39,747 bases of DNA from a virus (taxonomy: Duplodnaviria; Caudoviricetes). The stretch is taken from IMG/VR virus record IMGVR_UViG_3300029822_000030, positions 1 to 39,747 of that record; one strand, given 5' to 3'. Below are positions 27,188-35,864 of the stretch, piece after piece. The translations under genes were made by a program, and so were the position numbers. The notes below the pieces were generated by a model that saw nothing but the letters and a program-made list of their open reading frames with translations, was not told the origin of the DNA and made no database searches. Every line of letters begins with the position of its first letter. Within the stretch, counting starts at the first letter, position 1.

Positions 27188-27810
27188 TACTCGAACTGGA
27201 TAAGCGTACTACGGGAGGCAACTATATACCTGTGAAGGTTCAAATTAAAAGGTTGCCTCCTAAATTATTGTTAAAACACCAATGCGACCTGAATACCCGC
27301 AACTCTAGGTGTACTCAAGGAGATGGCTGCCCTAAGTATGGAGCTAGACCTTGTTGCCCTCCTAAAGCGCCGCTGTTTAGTCATCTTAAAACACGCAAAT
27401 TTGTCTACCTTGTTATGGTTCAGATACGTACTGAAGACTATATCAAGATGCGGCCCAGCATGCCAGAAAACAAAAAAGTATACTTTACTATGGGCGGTAT
27501 CAAGGCTATATCTGGTAAGTTAGTAAACAAAATAGTGAATCAATTCGAAGGTCAAAAATTCAAGTCTAGCGGTTGCGGAGGTTGCCAATATTCCCGGACA
27601 GGTAAATGTAGAGATTTTCAACCTATGCTGGAAGGACTGGGTATAAATGTAGTAGAATTAGTAAGAAGCGCATTCAACTTTGACATACAGTGGTTTGTGA
27701 AAGGTTCAGGCAAATTGCCTGATATAATATCTGCTGTAGGCGGTATATATACCGATGAAGTTATACCCAAATCAAAATTTAAGGAGGTCATTGAGAATGT
27801 TTGCCAGTAA
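27184..27810 (+). CDS. Cys-rich predicted metal-binding protein (DUF2284-like)
   Basis: CPKYGARPCCPP, GCGGC......C and PMLEGLGINV motifs. ATG at 27184. Confidence 0.7.
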   Translation: MILELDKRTTGGNYIPVKVQIKRLPPKLLLKHQCDLNTRNSRCTQGDGCPKYGARPCCPPKAPLFSHLKTRKFVYLVMVQIRTEDYIKMRPSMPENKKVYFTMGGIKAISGKLVNKIVNQFEGQKFKSSGCGGCQYSRTGKCRDFQPMLEGLGINVVELVRSAFNFDIQWFVKGSGKLPDIISAVGGIYTDEVIPKSKFKEVIENVCQ

Positions 27811-28258
27811 AATGCTAAAATTAGCAAGCACTTACGCCAAATTGCAGTCTGGGTGCTTAAAGGTACAAGTTGGTTGCGTAATTGCCAGAGACAACAAAAT
27901 ATTAGCTCTGGGAGCAAATAGAACTATACCCAACTTCTGTAAGACTTCTCGTGGTTGCTTGAGAGTAGAAAAGTATGGAGAGAACACAAAAGACCATCGT
28001 AACCCTGAAGACTGCCGGGCTATCCACTCAGAAATTGACGCTATCTGCAATAGCCGCGACAATTTAACAAGGGCTGTAATGTACGTAACCAGATACCCTT
28101 GTGAGGATTGCGCCAGAGCAATTGTAGCTGCCGGTATAAAGAAGGTTGTGTATGGGAGAGATCAGAAAATATCTCCTGAAACTGCCCGAATATTTGAATA
28201 CTCTAACGTGGACGTATTACATTATTTGAAGTTTACAGAAGAGGACGTGAATTACTAA
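27797..28258 (+). CDS. dCMP deaminase (ComEB-like)
   Basis: VQVGCVI, HSE and YPCEDC zinc motifs. ATG at 27797 after AAGGAGG. Confidence 0.9.
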   Translation: MFASKMLKLASTYAKLQSGCLKVQVGCVIARDNKILALGANRTIPNFCKTSRGCLRVEKYGENTKDHRNPEDCRAIHSEIDAICNSRDNLTRAVMYVTRYPCEDCARAIVAAGIKKVVYGRDQKISPETARIFEYSNVDVLHYLKFTEEDVNY

Positions 28259-28271
28259 AGGGGGGAGAATT

Positions 28272-28598
28272 TTGGAAAAGTTGTTGAAGAGGGCTCAGAA
28301 CACCTATGGTTACACTAATCAGATTACAGTAGCTACTGAAGAGCTGTGTGAATTAGCTTGCGTACTAGCTAAGTATCCCCGGTATCATAGTCACGAGGCT
28401 GCGTGTGCTGACCTAAGAGACAGAGTAATTGATGAATTAGCTGACGTTACTGTAGTTAGTAAACATATAGAAATGATTTTTGACATAACTCCAACAGAAC
28501 TACAAGATAGAATTCAAGCAAAGTTGGCTAGACTGGAGCGTTGGTTGGATACAGATTCTTCTATGGAAACTACTGTAAAAGACCGTGAGGTGAGGTAA
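28272..28598 (+). CDS. MazG-like all-alpha dNTP pyrophosphatase
   Basis: EELCEL...DELADV motif. Confidence 0.78.
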   Translation: MEKLLKRAQNTYGYTNQITVATEELCELACVLAKYPRYHSHEAACADLRDRVIDELADVTVVSKHIEMIFDITPTELQDRIQAKLARLERWLDTDSSMETTVKDREVR

Positions 28599-30526
28599 TG
28601 AAACTCAAAGAGTTCAATTCCTTGCTGGGTCAAGATTCCTATGTCCGTTGCCAGGGTAAAGAGAGGACTGACCCTGCCATAGTTGACGTAGAATCTGCCG
28701 AGAATCACCTATTCTCTGGAGGAACCATAGGTTGGTGGATTAAATCAGGATATATAGTAGTAGACATAGATGAGGGTAAAGAACAAGCCTTACAGGTAAT
28801 TAAGCAATTAGGGTTGAAAACTTTCATGGCTGAAACTCCCAAGGGTATCCATCTATATTTCAAAACAGACAAGGAATTTCCACAGAAAATTGGGATGGTT
28901 TTACCTTGTGGGTTAAAGTGCGATTTTAGGTGCGCCAATAAAGGCTATGTGATATTGCCTTTTGGTTTACCTGATAGGAAGTTTAATAAAGTCAAAGAAG
29001 TCATAGATATGCCCCTGGAATTCACCCCTATACCCAACAGAAAAGAATCTTTGCTGGATAAGAAAGAGGGTGATGGGCGTAATTCTACCCTATTTGCCCA
29101 TCTTATGGCTTATAAACACAGAGGGGCCAGCGATACCCAGATAGCAACTATGGCTGAAGTAATTAACAATACCATATTTGCTGAGCCTATGGCTGAGGAT
29201 GAGCTTAACGGTATTGTAGAGAATACCAAAAGATACCCGGCCCAGCCACAGGGAGATAACCCATACTTATTATATACCGCTAAAGGCATACCCAGCCAGC
29301 CTAATGCCAGAGCTATTGGCGATTATTTTGTGAATAAAGGTGATTTATTTGTGTTAGGGGGTGAGTGTTACCAATATCGGGAAGGAGTGTATATAGAAGC
29401 ATCATCCTATGTAAGAAACACAATTAAGGAAATGATTGCCTATGACCCTCTGATAACTAATTCTCGTGTGGTAGAATGCTATCGTTTGTTGATAGATGAT
29501 ACCCGGATACAGCGCAAAGCCTCAGACTTGAATTCAGACAAAAATTTGATAAATTTCAAGAATGGGGTCTGGGATATACAAAAAGGCAAGCTAATTGAGC
29601 ACGATAGCAAATATCTCCACACAGTACAGATACCCCACTCTGTCCTTAAATCGTCAAAAAAGTGGGAGAATACCAGAATGTACGATTTTTTGATTGGTAA
29701 AGTGCAATTAGACAAGCCAGAACTTGATATGTTGCTGGATTATATGGCATACTGCTTGACTCTTGATTATGGCCTGAAAACTTTCCTTATACTATACGGT
29801 CAGTCTAACACAGGTAAGTCTGTACTTATACGGTTTTTTGAAACTATGGTGGGTAGGGCCAATACTTCCTCCTTATCAATGCACGAGCTAAATCAGAGAT
29901 TTTACCCGGCTCAATTGTACAATAGGTTGCTTAATTCCTGTGCAGATAACTCATCCTTACCTCTGTCTTCTATTGAGAATCTCAAGAAGATAACTGGAGG
30001 GGACCAAATAATGCATGAAAAGAAAGGTAAAGAGCCATTTTTCTTTGTGCCTTTCTCCAAACTTGTGTTTTCATTCAACCAGATGCCCCTACAGTTAGAA
30101 GAAAAATCCAATGCTTTCTACAAAAGGATGAGGATACTGCCTATGCCTCTTGAGCTAGACTTGAATAATGCCTATGTAGACCAGCTGTGTAGCCCTGAAA
30201 GTGTGGAAGAAGTACTGCCTTTCTTGTTGGAAAGACTGCCTCTCACAGAGATACCTAATACTGAGGCCAGCGATAAATTGGTCGAAGGCTTGCGCCAGGA
30301 CAGCGACAGTATTCATGCTTTTCTATCTCAGGATTGTAAAAAAGGCCAAAAATACTGGATTCCTAAAAAGTCTCTGTATGACTCTTACTTGAGATTTTGT
30401 CTTGACACTGGCCGAACTGCTCATAAACCTCATGGTTTCATACGACACTTACGGTCTCAAGGATATAAGGAAGGTCGAAAGGGTGATTCAAGGGAGGCTT
30501 GTTGGAAAGGGATAGCCCTAAAGTAA
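28598..30526 (+). CDS. Primase-polymerase / PriCT / D5-like SF3 helicase fusion
   Basis: VVDID, TPKGIHLYF, EGDGRNSTLF, INFKNG, GQSNTGKS and LKKITGGD. Confidence 0.92.
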   Translation: MKLKEFNSLLGQDSYVRCQGKERTDPAIVDVESAENHLFSGGTIGWWIKSGYIVVDIDEGKEQALQVIKQLGLKTFMAETPKGIHLYFKTDKEFPQKIGMVLPCGLKCDFRCANKGYVILPFGLPDRKFNKVKEVIDMPLEFTPIPNRKESLLDKKEGDGRNSTLFAHLMAYKHRGASDTQIATMAEVINNTIFAEPMAEDELNGIVENTKRYPAQPQGDNPYLLYTAKGIPSQPNARAIGDYFVNKGDLFVLGGECYQYREGVYIEASSYVRNTIKEMIAYDPLITNSRVVECYRLLIDDTRIQRKASDLNSDKNLINFKNGVWDIQKGKLIEHDSKYLHTVQIPHSVLKSSKKWENTRMYDFLIGKVQLDKPELDMLLDYMAYCLTLDYGLKTFLILYGQSNTGKSVLIRFFETMVGRANTSSLSMHELNQRFYPAQLYNRLLNSCADNSSLPLSSIENLKKITGGDQIMHEKKGKEPFFFVPFSKLVFSFNQMPLQLEEKSNAFYKRMRILPMPLELDLNNAYVDQLCSPESVEEVLPFLLERLPLTEIPNTEASDKLVEGLRQDSDSIHAFLSQDCKKGQKYWIPKKSLYDSYLRFCLDTGRTAHKPHGFIRHLRSQGYKEGRKGDSREACWKGIALK

Positions 30527-30550
30527 CTTGTCGATTTCTCCTGTACAGAT

Positions 30551-30916
30551 TTGTGCGAGGTGGTGCGAAAAGTGAGTGTGGTGAGTAAAGGTACACCCGA
30601 ATATAAAAACCCTCTAGAAATGCTCTTGAAGAGTTGTCGTAAAACAATTCAAGATAAAGTTGACGTCAACCCAAAAGCTGGTTTAAAGGTAGGGGATAAT
30701 AAACTCAGATACTCTGAGGCATTGCAGCTACTCAAGGCTCTTGAAGACCACTTTGCTATAAGAGGGGCCTTTAGTTTTGGTATATGCCTTAGTTGTACTA
30801 AGTTTGACAACAGAGGAATTTACCCAAAAACGCTGGGTAAATGCGGCAGCAAAGTAGTCAGTATTTTTGATTGCTGTGAACAGCACAGTAAGGAAGGTGG
30901 GGGTCATGGCCTATAA
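30551..30916 (+). CDS. Hypothetical protein with a C-terminal Cys cluster
   Basis: CLSC...C...CC. Start codon uncertain (several GTGs). Confidence 0.55.
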   Translation: MCEVVRKVSVVSKGTPEYKNPLEMLLKSCRKTIQDKVDVNPKAGLKVGDNKLRYSEALQLLKALEDHFAIRGAFSFGICLSCTKFDNRGIYPKTLGKCGSKVVSIFDCCEQHSKEGGGHGL

Positions 30917-32630
30917 ATATGCGGTGCTAGACATAGAAACTACTGGACTGGACCGATACAGAGACAACATAAATTATATAGGTATTGGTTTAGTTAAGGA
31001 TTTAGATTACGATATGGGTAAGCGAATTATTTGCAATATGCATCAGGACAAAGACCTGGATAAGTTCAAAAGAATAGCCAGGAAACTGAAAGAACAGAAA
31101 GTCATACTTATTTGGCAAAACGGCAAATTCGATACCTTATTCATCCAGCTAAAGTACGGCATCTTATTACCAATACATCACGATATCATGGTTATGGGTA
31201 CAGCTTATGACTTGGCTGCTCCCCACGGGCTCAAAGAAATGAGTAAGAGCTGGTTAGGCGTGCCTGATTGGGATATACCTCTGAAGGAAAAGAAAAAACC
31301 AAATAGCCCCACAGTTGAAAAGTATTTACTGAAAGACTTGGAGAACCCATGGAAATTGTTCCAGTTCTTTAATAGGAAACTCAATTCTCAACAGTGGAAA
31401 GTTTACAAACATCTGCTTAGACCAGCATTTTTGATGTATCGGAGAGCTGAACGTACTGGGATATATCTCAATAGGTCTAAATTATCCAAAGTTCGTAAAG
31501 TTTACCGCAAACAGCAGGAAGATAAATTGTCTGTACTCAATAAACAACACAATATAAACTGGAATAGCCCAAAACAGGTATCTGATGTATTATTTAATAA
31601 AGAGCATATGCCTGTGATAAAGCTATCTCAAAAGACTGGAGAACCTTCCAGTGATGCCAAAGTACTCAAAAGACTGAAATCAAAGGGGTTTACCCTTGCT
31701 GAACAGTTACTTGACTATAAATTCTACTATGGAGCTAACTCAAAGTTCCTTAACCGTTGGGAAGATGATGCTTTCTATGACGGTAGGATACATCCAAATT
31801 TCAATCTTACCAATGTAGTAACTGGCAGGACATCATGCTCCAACCCAAATTTACAGCAGGTTCCAAGAAATAAAGAGCTCAGAACCCTATTTACAGCACC
31901 TCCAGGCAGGGTACTATTAGAGGCAGATTATTCACAGATAGAACTGAGAATAGCTGCGGATTATGCTAATGAACCCACTATGTTAAAAATCTACAGAGAG
32001 GGAGGTGATATACACACAGAAACGGCCATGTCTTTAACAGGATTATCCGCAGACCAGGTAAAAGGAGAACCCAGAAGTAGAGCAAAGCCTGTTAATTTTG
32101 GGTTTTTGTATGGTATGTCTGCTAAAGGATTTGTAAGTTACGCTTTTGACAATTACGATACGGTATTTAACCACTCTGAAGCCAATAGGTATCGGGAACT
32201 GTTTTTTATAAAGTACCCAGGATTACTGAAATGGCATAAAGAAATGGAGATTATTTGTGAAGCTAATGGTGGTGTCGAGAATAGGTTTGGTAGATTCAGG
32301 AAATTGCCCGATATATACTCTAGCGATAATTACACTCGTAGCAAGGCTGTTCGCAGAGCCATAAACAGTCCAGTTCAAGGTACAGCCTCAGACTTATTGT
32401 TATTAGCAGCAGTAGAGATTGACAAAACTCTGAGAAAACCCTTAGACTTAAACATTGTAGGTACGGTACATGACAGTATATTGATGGACGTACCAGAGGA
32501 TAATGTTGATGAGGCTGTTAAAGAGGTCAAAAGTATTATGGCCCACCCACAAGCCCTAGATGTGTTTGGAGTATCTTTTAAAGTGCCTATTGAGGCTGAT
32601 GTGGGTATCGGGGCCTGGGGAAGTAAGTAA
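30906..32630 (+). CDS. Family A DNA polymerase with 3'-5' exonuclease
   Basis: LDIETTG (ExoI), TGRTSCSNPNLQQ, ADYSQIELR (motif A), RAKPVNFGFLYG (motif B) and VHDS (motif C). Confidence 0.96.
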   Translation: MAYKYAVLDIETTGLDRYRDNINYIGIGLVKDLDYDMGKRIICNMHQDKDLDKFKRIARKLKEQKVILIWQNGKFDTLFIQLKYGILLPIHHDIMVMGTAYDLAAPHGLKEMSKSWLGVPDWDIPLKEKKKPNSPTVEKYLLKDLENPWKLFQFFNRKLNSQQWKVYKHLLRPAFLMYRRAERTGIYLNRSKLSKVRKVYRKQQEDKLSVLNKQHNINWNSPKQVSDVLFNKEHMPVIKLSQKTGEPSSDAKVLKRLKSKGFTLAEQLLDYKFYYGANSKFLNRWEDDAFYDGRIHPNFNLTNVVTGRTSCSNPNLQQVPRNKELRTLFTAPPGRVLLEADYSQIELRIAADYANEPTMLKIYREGGDIHTETAMSLTGLSADQVKGEPRSRAKPVNFGFLYGMSAKGFVSYAFDNYDTVFNHSEANRYRELFFIKYPGLLKWHKEMEIICEANGGVENRFGRFRKLPDIYSSDNYTRSKAVRRAINSPVQGTASDLLLLAAVEIDKTLRKPLDLNIVGTVHDSILMDVPEDNVDEAVKEVKSIMAHPQALDVFGVSFKVPIEADVGIGAWGSK

Positions 32631-32643
32631 AGGAGGTAATTTT

Positions 32644-33153
32644 GTGAAGATATTTGTTATTAACGGTTATCCTGGTAGTGGTAAGGATGAATTTGTAGAA
32701 CTATGTATAAAACACAGTACGAAACCAATAGTTAATTATGTTACCAGTACCCCAGCTAAACTAGCTCTAAGTATGTTAGGCTGGGATGGTAATGAGAAAA
32801 CTCCTAAAGTGCGGAAAGTTTTGGCCTATTTGATGGAAGTATCTGAAACCCTATTTAATGGAGTTATTGCCGCTACTGAGGATAGACTTTTGAGAGCTAG
32901 GGAAGATTATGGAGATAACTGCATCGTATTTATACACTGTAGAGAACCCAGGAATATAGACTATTATCGGAAAAGACATGGAGCAATCACTATACTCATA
33001 GACCGGAACAAAGCTAGAAAAAAGGGATTCAACAATGAATCTGATGCTAACGTAGAAAAGTACAACTACGATTTGATTATTGAGAATAACGAATCCCTAC
33101 AAGTTCTTGAGCAATCAGCCATAGAATTTTTAAAATTTAGGAGGGGCGAATAA
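32644..33153 (+). CDS. dNMP kinase
   Basis: INGYPGSGKD P-loop, FIHCRE, NESD and YDLIIEN. GTG start after AAGGAGG. Confidence 0.8.
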   Translation: MKIFVINGYPGSGKDEFVELCIKHSTKPIVNYVTSTPAKLALSMLGWDGNEKTPKVRKVLAYLMEVSETLFNGVIAATEDRLLRAREDYGDNCIVFIHCREPRNIDYYRKRHGAITILIDRNKARKKGFNNESDANVEKYNYDLIIENNESLQVLEQSAIEFLKFRRGE

Positions 33154-33806
33154 TGCAGTACTGTTTAGCTTGTAACGCAACAGAGGCCTGGGAATGGTGG
33201 TATAACAGATTATTAGAGCAAAATAACCAACAACCATCCAGAGATGGGGCTGTAGTTGGTGAATTTCTTAATGCTTGTACCGTTATTAAAGACCCCCGGC
33301 AGGGATTGGTTTTATCTAAAAAACGTAATTTATCCATGAAATATGCTGTGGGCGAACTGCTCTGGTATTTATCTGGGAGTAACATGGTTTCGGCCATATC
33401 CCCCTACTCAAAAGTCTGGGAAAAGTTATCTGATGACGGAGAAACTGTGAATTCTGCTTACGGTCACCGAATCTATCACAAATTTGGGTTTGACCAGTGG
33501 GGATATGTCAAAAACCTACTGCAAAAAGACCCCCTCAGCCGTCAAGCAGTAATACACATAAAAGAACCAAACAATCAACCTACTAAGGATTTGCCGTGTA
33601 CTATCTGTATCCAGTACTTCATAAGAGACAACAAACTTCACAGTACTGTATATATGCGCAGTAATGACATATGGATGGGTTTTCCCTATGACGTATTCTG
33701 TTTTACTTCTCTTCAAGTCAAGATGGCTATGGAGTTAGGAGTAGGGCTAGGCGAATATCATCATATAGCTGGTTCTCTCCATCTTTATGAAAGGAATGTT
33801 AAATAA
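33153..33806 (+). CDS. Thymidylate synthase-family dNMP hydroxymethylase, dCMP-type specificity residue
   Basis: E68, NSAYG, SRQA, PC149, MRSND...GFPYD180 and GSLHLYE. Confidence 0.85.
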   Translation: MQYCLACNATEAWEWWYNRLLEQNNQQPSRDGAVVGEFLNACTVIKDPRQGLVLSKKRNLSMKYAVGELLWYLSGSNMVSAISPYSKVWEKLSDDGETVNSAYGHRIYHKFGFDQWGYVKNLLQKDPLSRQAVIHIKEPNNQPTKDLPCTICIQYFIRDNKLHSTVYMRSNDIWMGFPYDVFCFTSLQVKMAMELGVGLGEYHHIAGSLHLYERNVK

Positions 33807-34108
33807 TGGCCTTGACTAAAATTCATTACAAAATTGTAGATAGTTGGGTTCATTTTTGCTATGTAGACGATATGTACAAAGATAGTATAGAAAAGCCTAT
33901 GGATAAAATCAGGTCTTGGGCGTATAAGGATTTTGGTATTGAGAATTTAGAAACCATGAAAGAATTGACAAACTTAAAAGAGACGATAAGAAACAGTTAT
34001 AGAGAGAAATATCCTGAGCTATTCAGGGAAAGCAGTGTAGACACTCAAGGGTGGGTGAGGGTATGGTTTACACAACACCTAAAGGAGGAATTGAATGGTG
34101 GAGAATAA
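33806..34108 (+). CDS. Hypothetical protein coupled to the hydroxymethylase gene
   Basis: TAATG overlap; 100 aa. Confidence 0.6.
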   Translation: MALTKIHYKIVDSWVHFCYVDDMYKDSIEKPMDKIRSWAYKDFGIENLETMKELTNLKETIRNSYREKYPELFRESSVDTQGWVRVWFTQHLKEELNGGE

Positions 34109-34778
34109 ATGGACTTGCGTAGGATGTAAAGATGAAAACGGACATCCTAGGGACAGAGCCTGTAGCAATTGCAGAAGATTAGATAGTTGTGCTTACTTGC
34201 ATGATTTCTATGAAAAGACGAATAAAATTCTACCTCTTATTAAGGACAAAAGTCTACCACCTATTTTGGCGGTAGACTTTGATGGAACTATTGTAGAGGA
34301 CAAATTTCCAGACATAGGGCCAATAATACCATCTACTATCAGGTTAATATATGAGTACAGAAAAAGGGGTTATAAAATTGTACTCTGGACTTGCCGTACC
34401 AAAGAAAGACTGGAAGAGGCTGTTAATTTTTGCAACTGTCTGGGTATAGATTTTGATGCTGTAAATGACAATATACCTGAAGTAGTGGCTAAGTATAATG
34501 ACAACGCTCGTAAAATATACGCTAATGTGTATTTGGACGACAAAAACCTATCTCTAGAGGGAGCAATAAAGGATGGAGAACCCTGTAGTCATAAGGGTTG
34601 TTTAAGTCACCTAACACATCCGTGTGAAGTTTGTGGTAGGATAGCTGGGAGGGGGGAATATCATGGCGAATTACGTGAATGCAAACAGGCGGGAGGTGAT
34701 ATACTGGGCCGCAGCTATGCAGCAATATTTTGGAAATCAGGTAACGCACTACTCAAAAAAATCTTTGACCTGGCTTAA
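34095..34778 (+). CDS. HAD-family phosphatase with Cys-rich flanks
   Basis: AVDFDGTI, LWTCR and KIYANVYLDDK. Confidence 0.8.
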   Translation: MVENKWTCVGCKDENGHPRDRACSNCRRLDSCAYLHDFYEKTNKILPLIKDKSLPPILAVDFDGTIVEDKFPDIGPIIPSTIRLIYEYRKRGYKIVLWTCRTKERLEEAVNFCNCLGIDFDAVNDNIPEVVAKYNDNARKIYANVYLDDKNLSLEGAIKDGEPCSHKGCLSHLTHPCEVCGRIAGRGEYHGELRECKQAGGDILGRSYAAIFWKSGNALLKKIFDLA

Positions 34779-35097
34779 TTCAATTATCATTAGTCTAGAC
34801 AATTTTTTGAAAGAAGAAATGAGAGGGGTGGAGAAAGAAGAATTGCGAGCCATACTTAATTTAATCAAGCGGGTTAGTCCTCAATTAAAGTCTGATAGCT
34901 TAATTACAGATAAAACACAATCAATAAGCGTAGACCGAAATATTGTATTTGATTTTGCTGAGTACGCTTTGGAGTATTGCGTAAATTGCCAAGAAAACCC
35001 TCTAGAGTGTAGCTTGAGGGGCTTGGCCCTTAGATTAGGAGTACCCCCTTGCGTAGAAGATGGTCCTTGTCAATACTGGAGGAGGGATAAAGTATGA
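34663..35097 (+). CDS. Hypothetical protein with a C-terminal Cys motif (DUF5651-like)
   Basis: CVNC......C...GPCQY; RBS GGAGGGGG. Confidence 0.6.
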   Translation: MANYVNANRREVIYWAAAMQQYFGNQVTHYSKKSLTWLNSIIISLDNFLKEEMRGVEKEELRAILNLIKRVSPQLKSDSLITDKTQSISVDRNIVFDFAEYALEYCVNCQENPLECSLRGLALRLGVPPCVEDGPCQYWRRDKV

Positions 35098-35216
35098 GAA
35101 TAGTATTAAAGAGAGTTTGGTGTTGGCTTTTTCACAGCTCTAGTTGGAAAACGGTTGGTTTTTTTGGTGAGTGGTACTTATGCTCTGAGTGCGGTCAATA
35201 TTGGAGGAAAAAGTAA
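35094..35216 (+). CDS. Small Zn-ribbon-like protein (40 aa, MRIVLKRVWCWLFH...CSECGQYWRKK); not in the ORF track
   Basis: ATGA and TAATG overlaps at the two ends; C...H...CxxC motif. Confidence 0.6.
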   Translation: MRIVLKRVWCWLFHSSSWKTVGFFGEWYLCSECGQYWRKK

Positions 35217-35575
35217 TGCCTTTAGAAAGCTCAATAGTAAACGGCATTTTAAAGTATTTAAATCACGAGGTAAAGGATTGTATTGCTGAGAAAGTAATGG
35301 GTAACGCTTATCAATCCAGCAGAGCTGATATCAATATGTGCTGGGACGGTCAACTATACCGAATAGAAGTCAAGACCCCAGATAACAGTAATAAACCCAC
35401 AAAAGCTCAAGAAGCCAATCTGAAAAAGTGGGCAAAGGCTGGAGCTATTTGCGTAGCAGTATGGAGTCTTGATGAGGTCAAGAATATAATCGAGCGCAGG
35501 GGTGTATACAATACCTCTTTCACAGGCTGGTACTTTACCCAAGACGGTAGGATTATAAAAGGAGGTCACAAGTAA
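35216..35575 (+). CDS. VRR-NUC endonuclease (Holliday-junction resolvase-like)
   Basis: ESSIV..I..YL, ADI...IEVK...PT.AQ. Confidence 0.85.
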   Translation: MPLESSIVNGILKYLNHEVKDCIAEKVMGNAYQSSRADINMCWDGQLYRIEVKTPDNSNKPTKAQEANLKKWAKAGAICVAVWSLDEVKNIIERRGVYNTSFTGWYFTQDGRIIKGGHK

Positions 35576-35864
35576 TGGAAGATAGAGGGAGAAAAGACAA
35601 AGGGGATAAGTATAGGGATAGATTGAGTAAATATAAAGAATTTATGCCGGGTAATTGTCATTTTTCAAAGCTAATTGAGCGGGGATTTTTTAATGCTCCT
35701 GCTTCTAGTACACATCATGGTAACTATGAAGGAGGATTGTTTGACCACTCTTTTGATGTAGCAGAACAGTTAGTGCTGCTAACTACGTATAATGGGAAAG
35801 ACCTGAAAGCCCTTATATTGTTGGTATGTTTCATGATTTGTGTAAAGTAGATGACTATGACTAA
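35575..35864 (+). pseudogene. Frameshifted and truncated HD-domain phosphohydrolase
   Basis: The first frame gives APASSTHHGNYEGGLFDHS. The HD motif (WERPESPYIVGMFHDLCKVDDY) lies in the -1 frame from 35793 and stops at 35864. Confidence 0.75.

Noticed and set aside
35791-35800. Programmed -1 frameshift at GGGAAAG restoring the HD protein
   Set aside because: The heptamer is out of phase (read GGG AAA G), and the shifted frame stops after about 23 codons, so the domain would still be incomplete.
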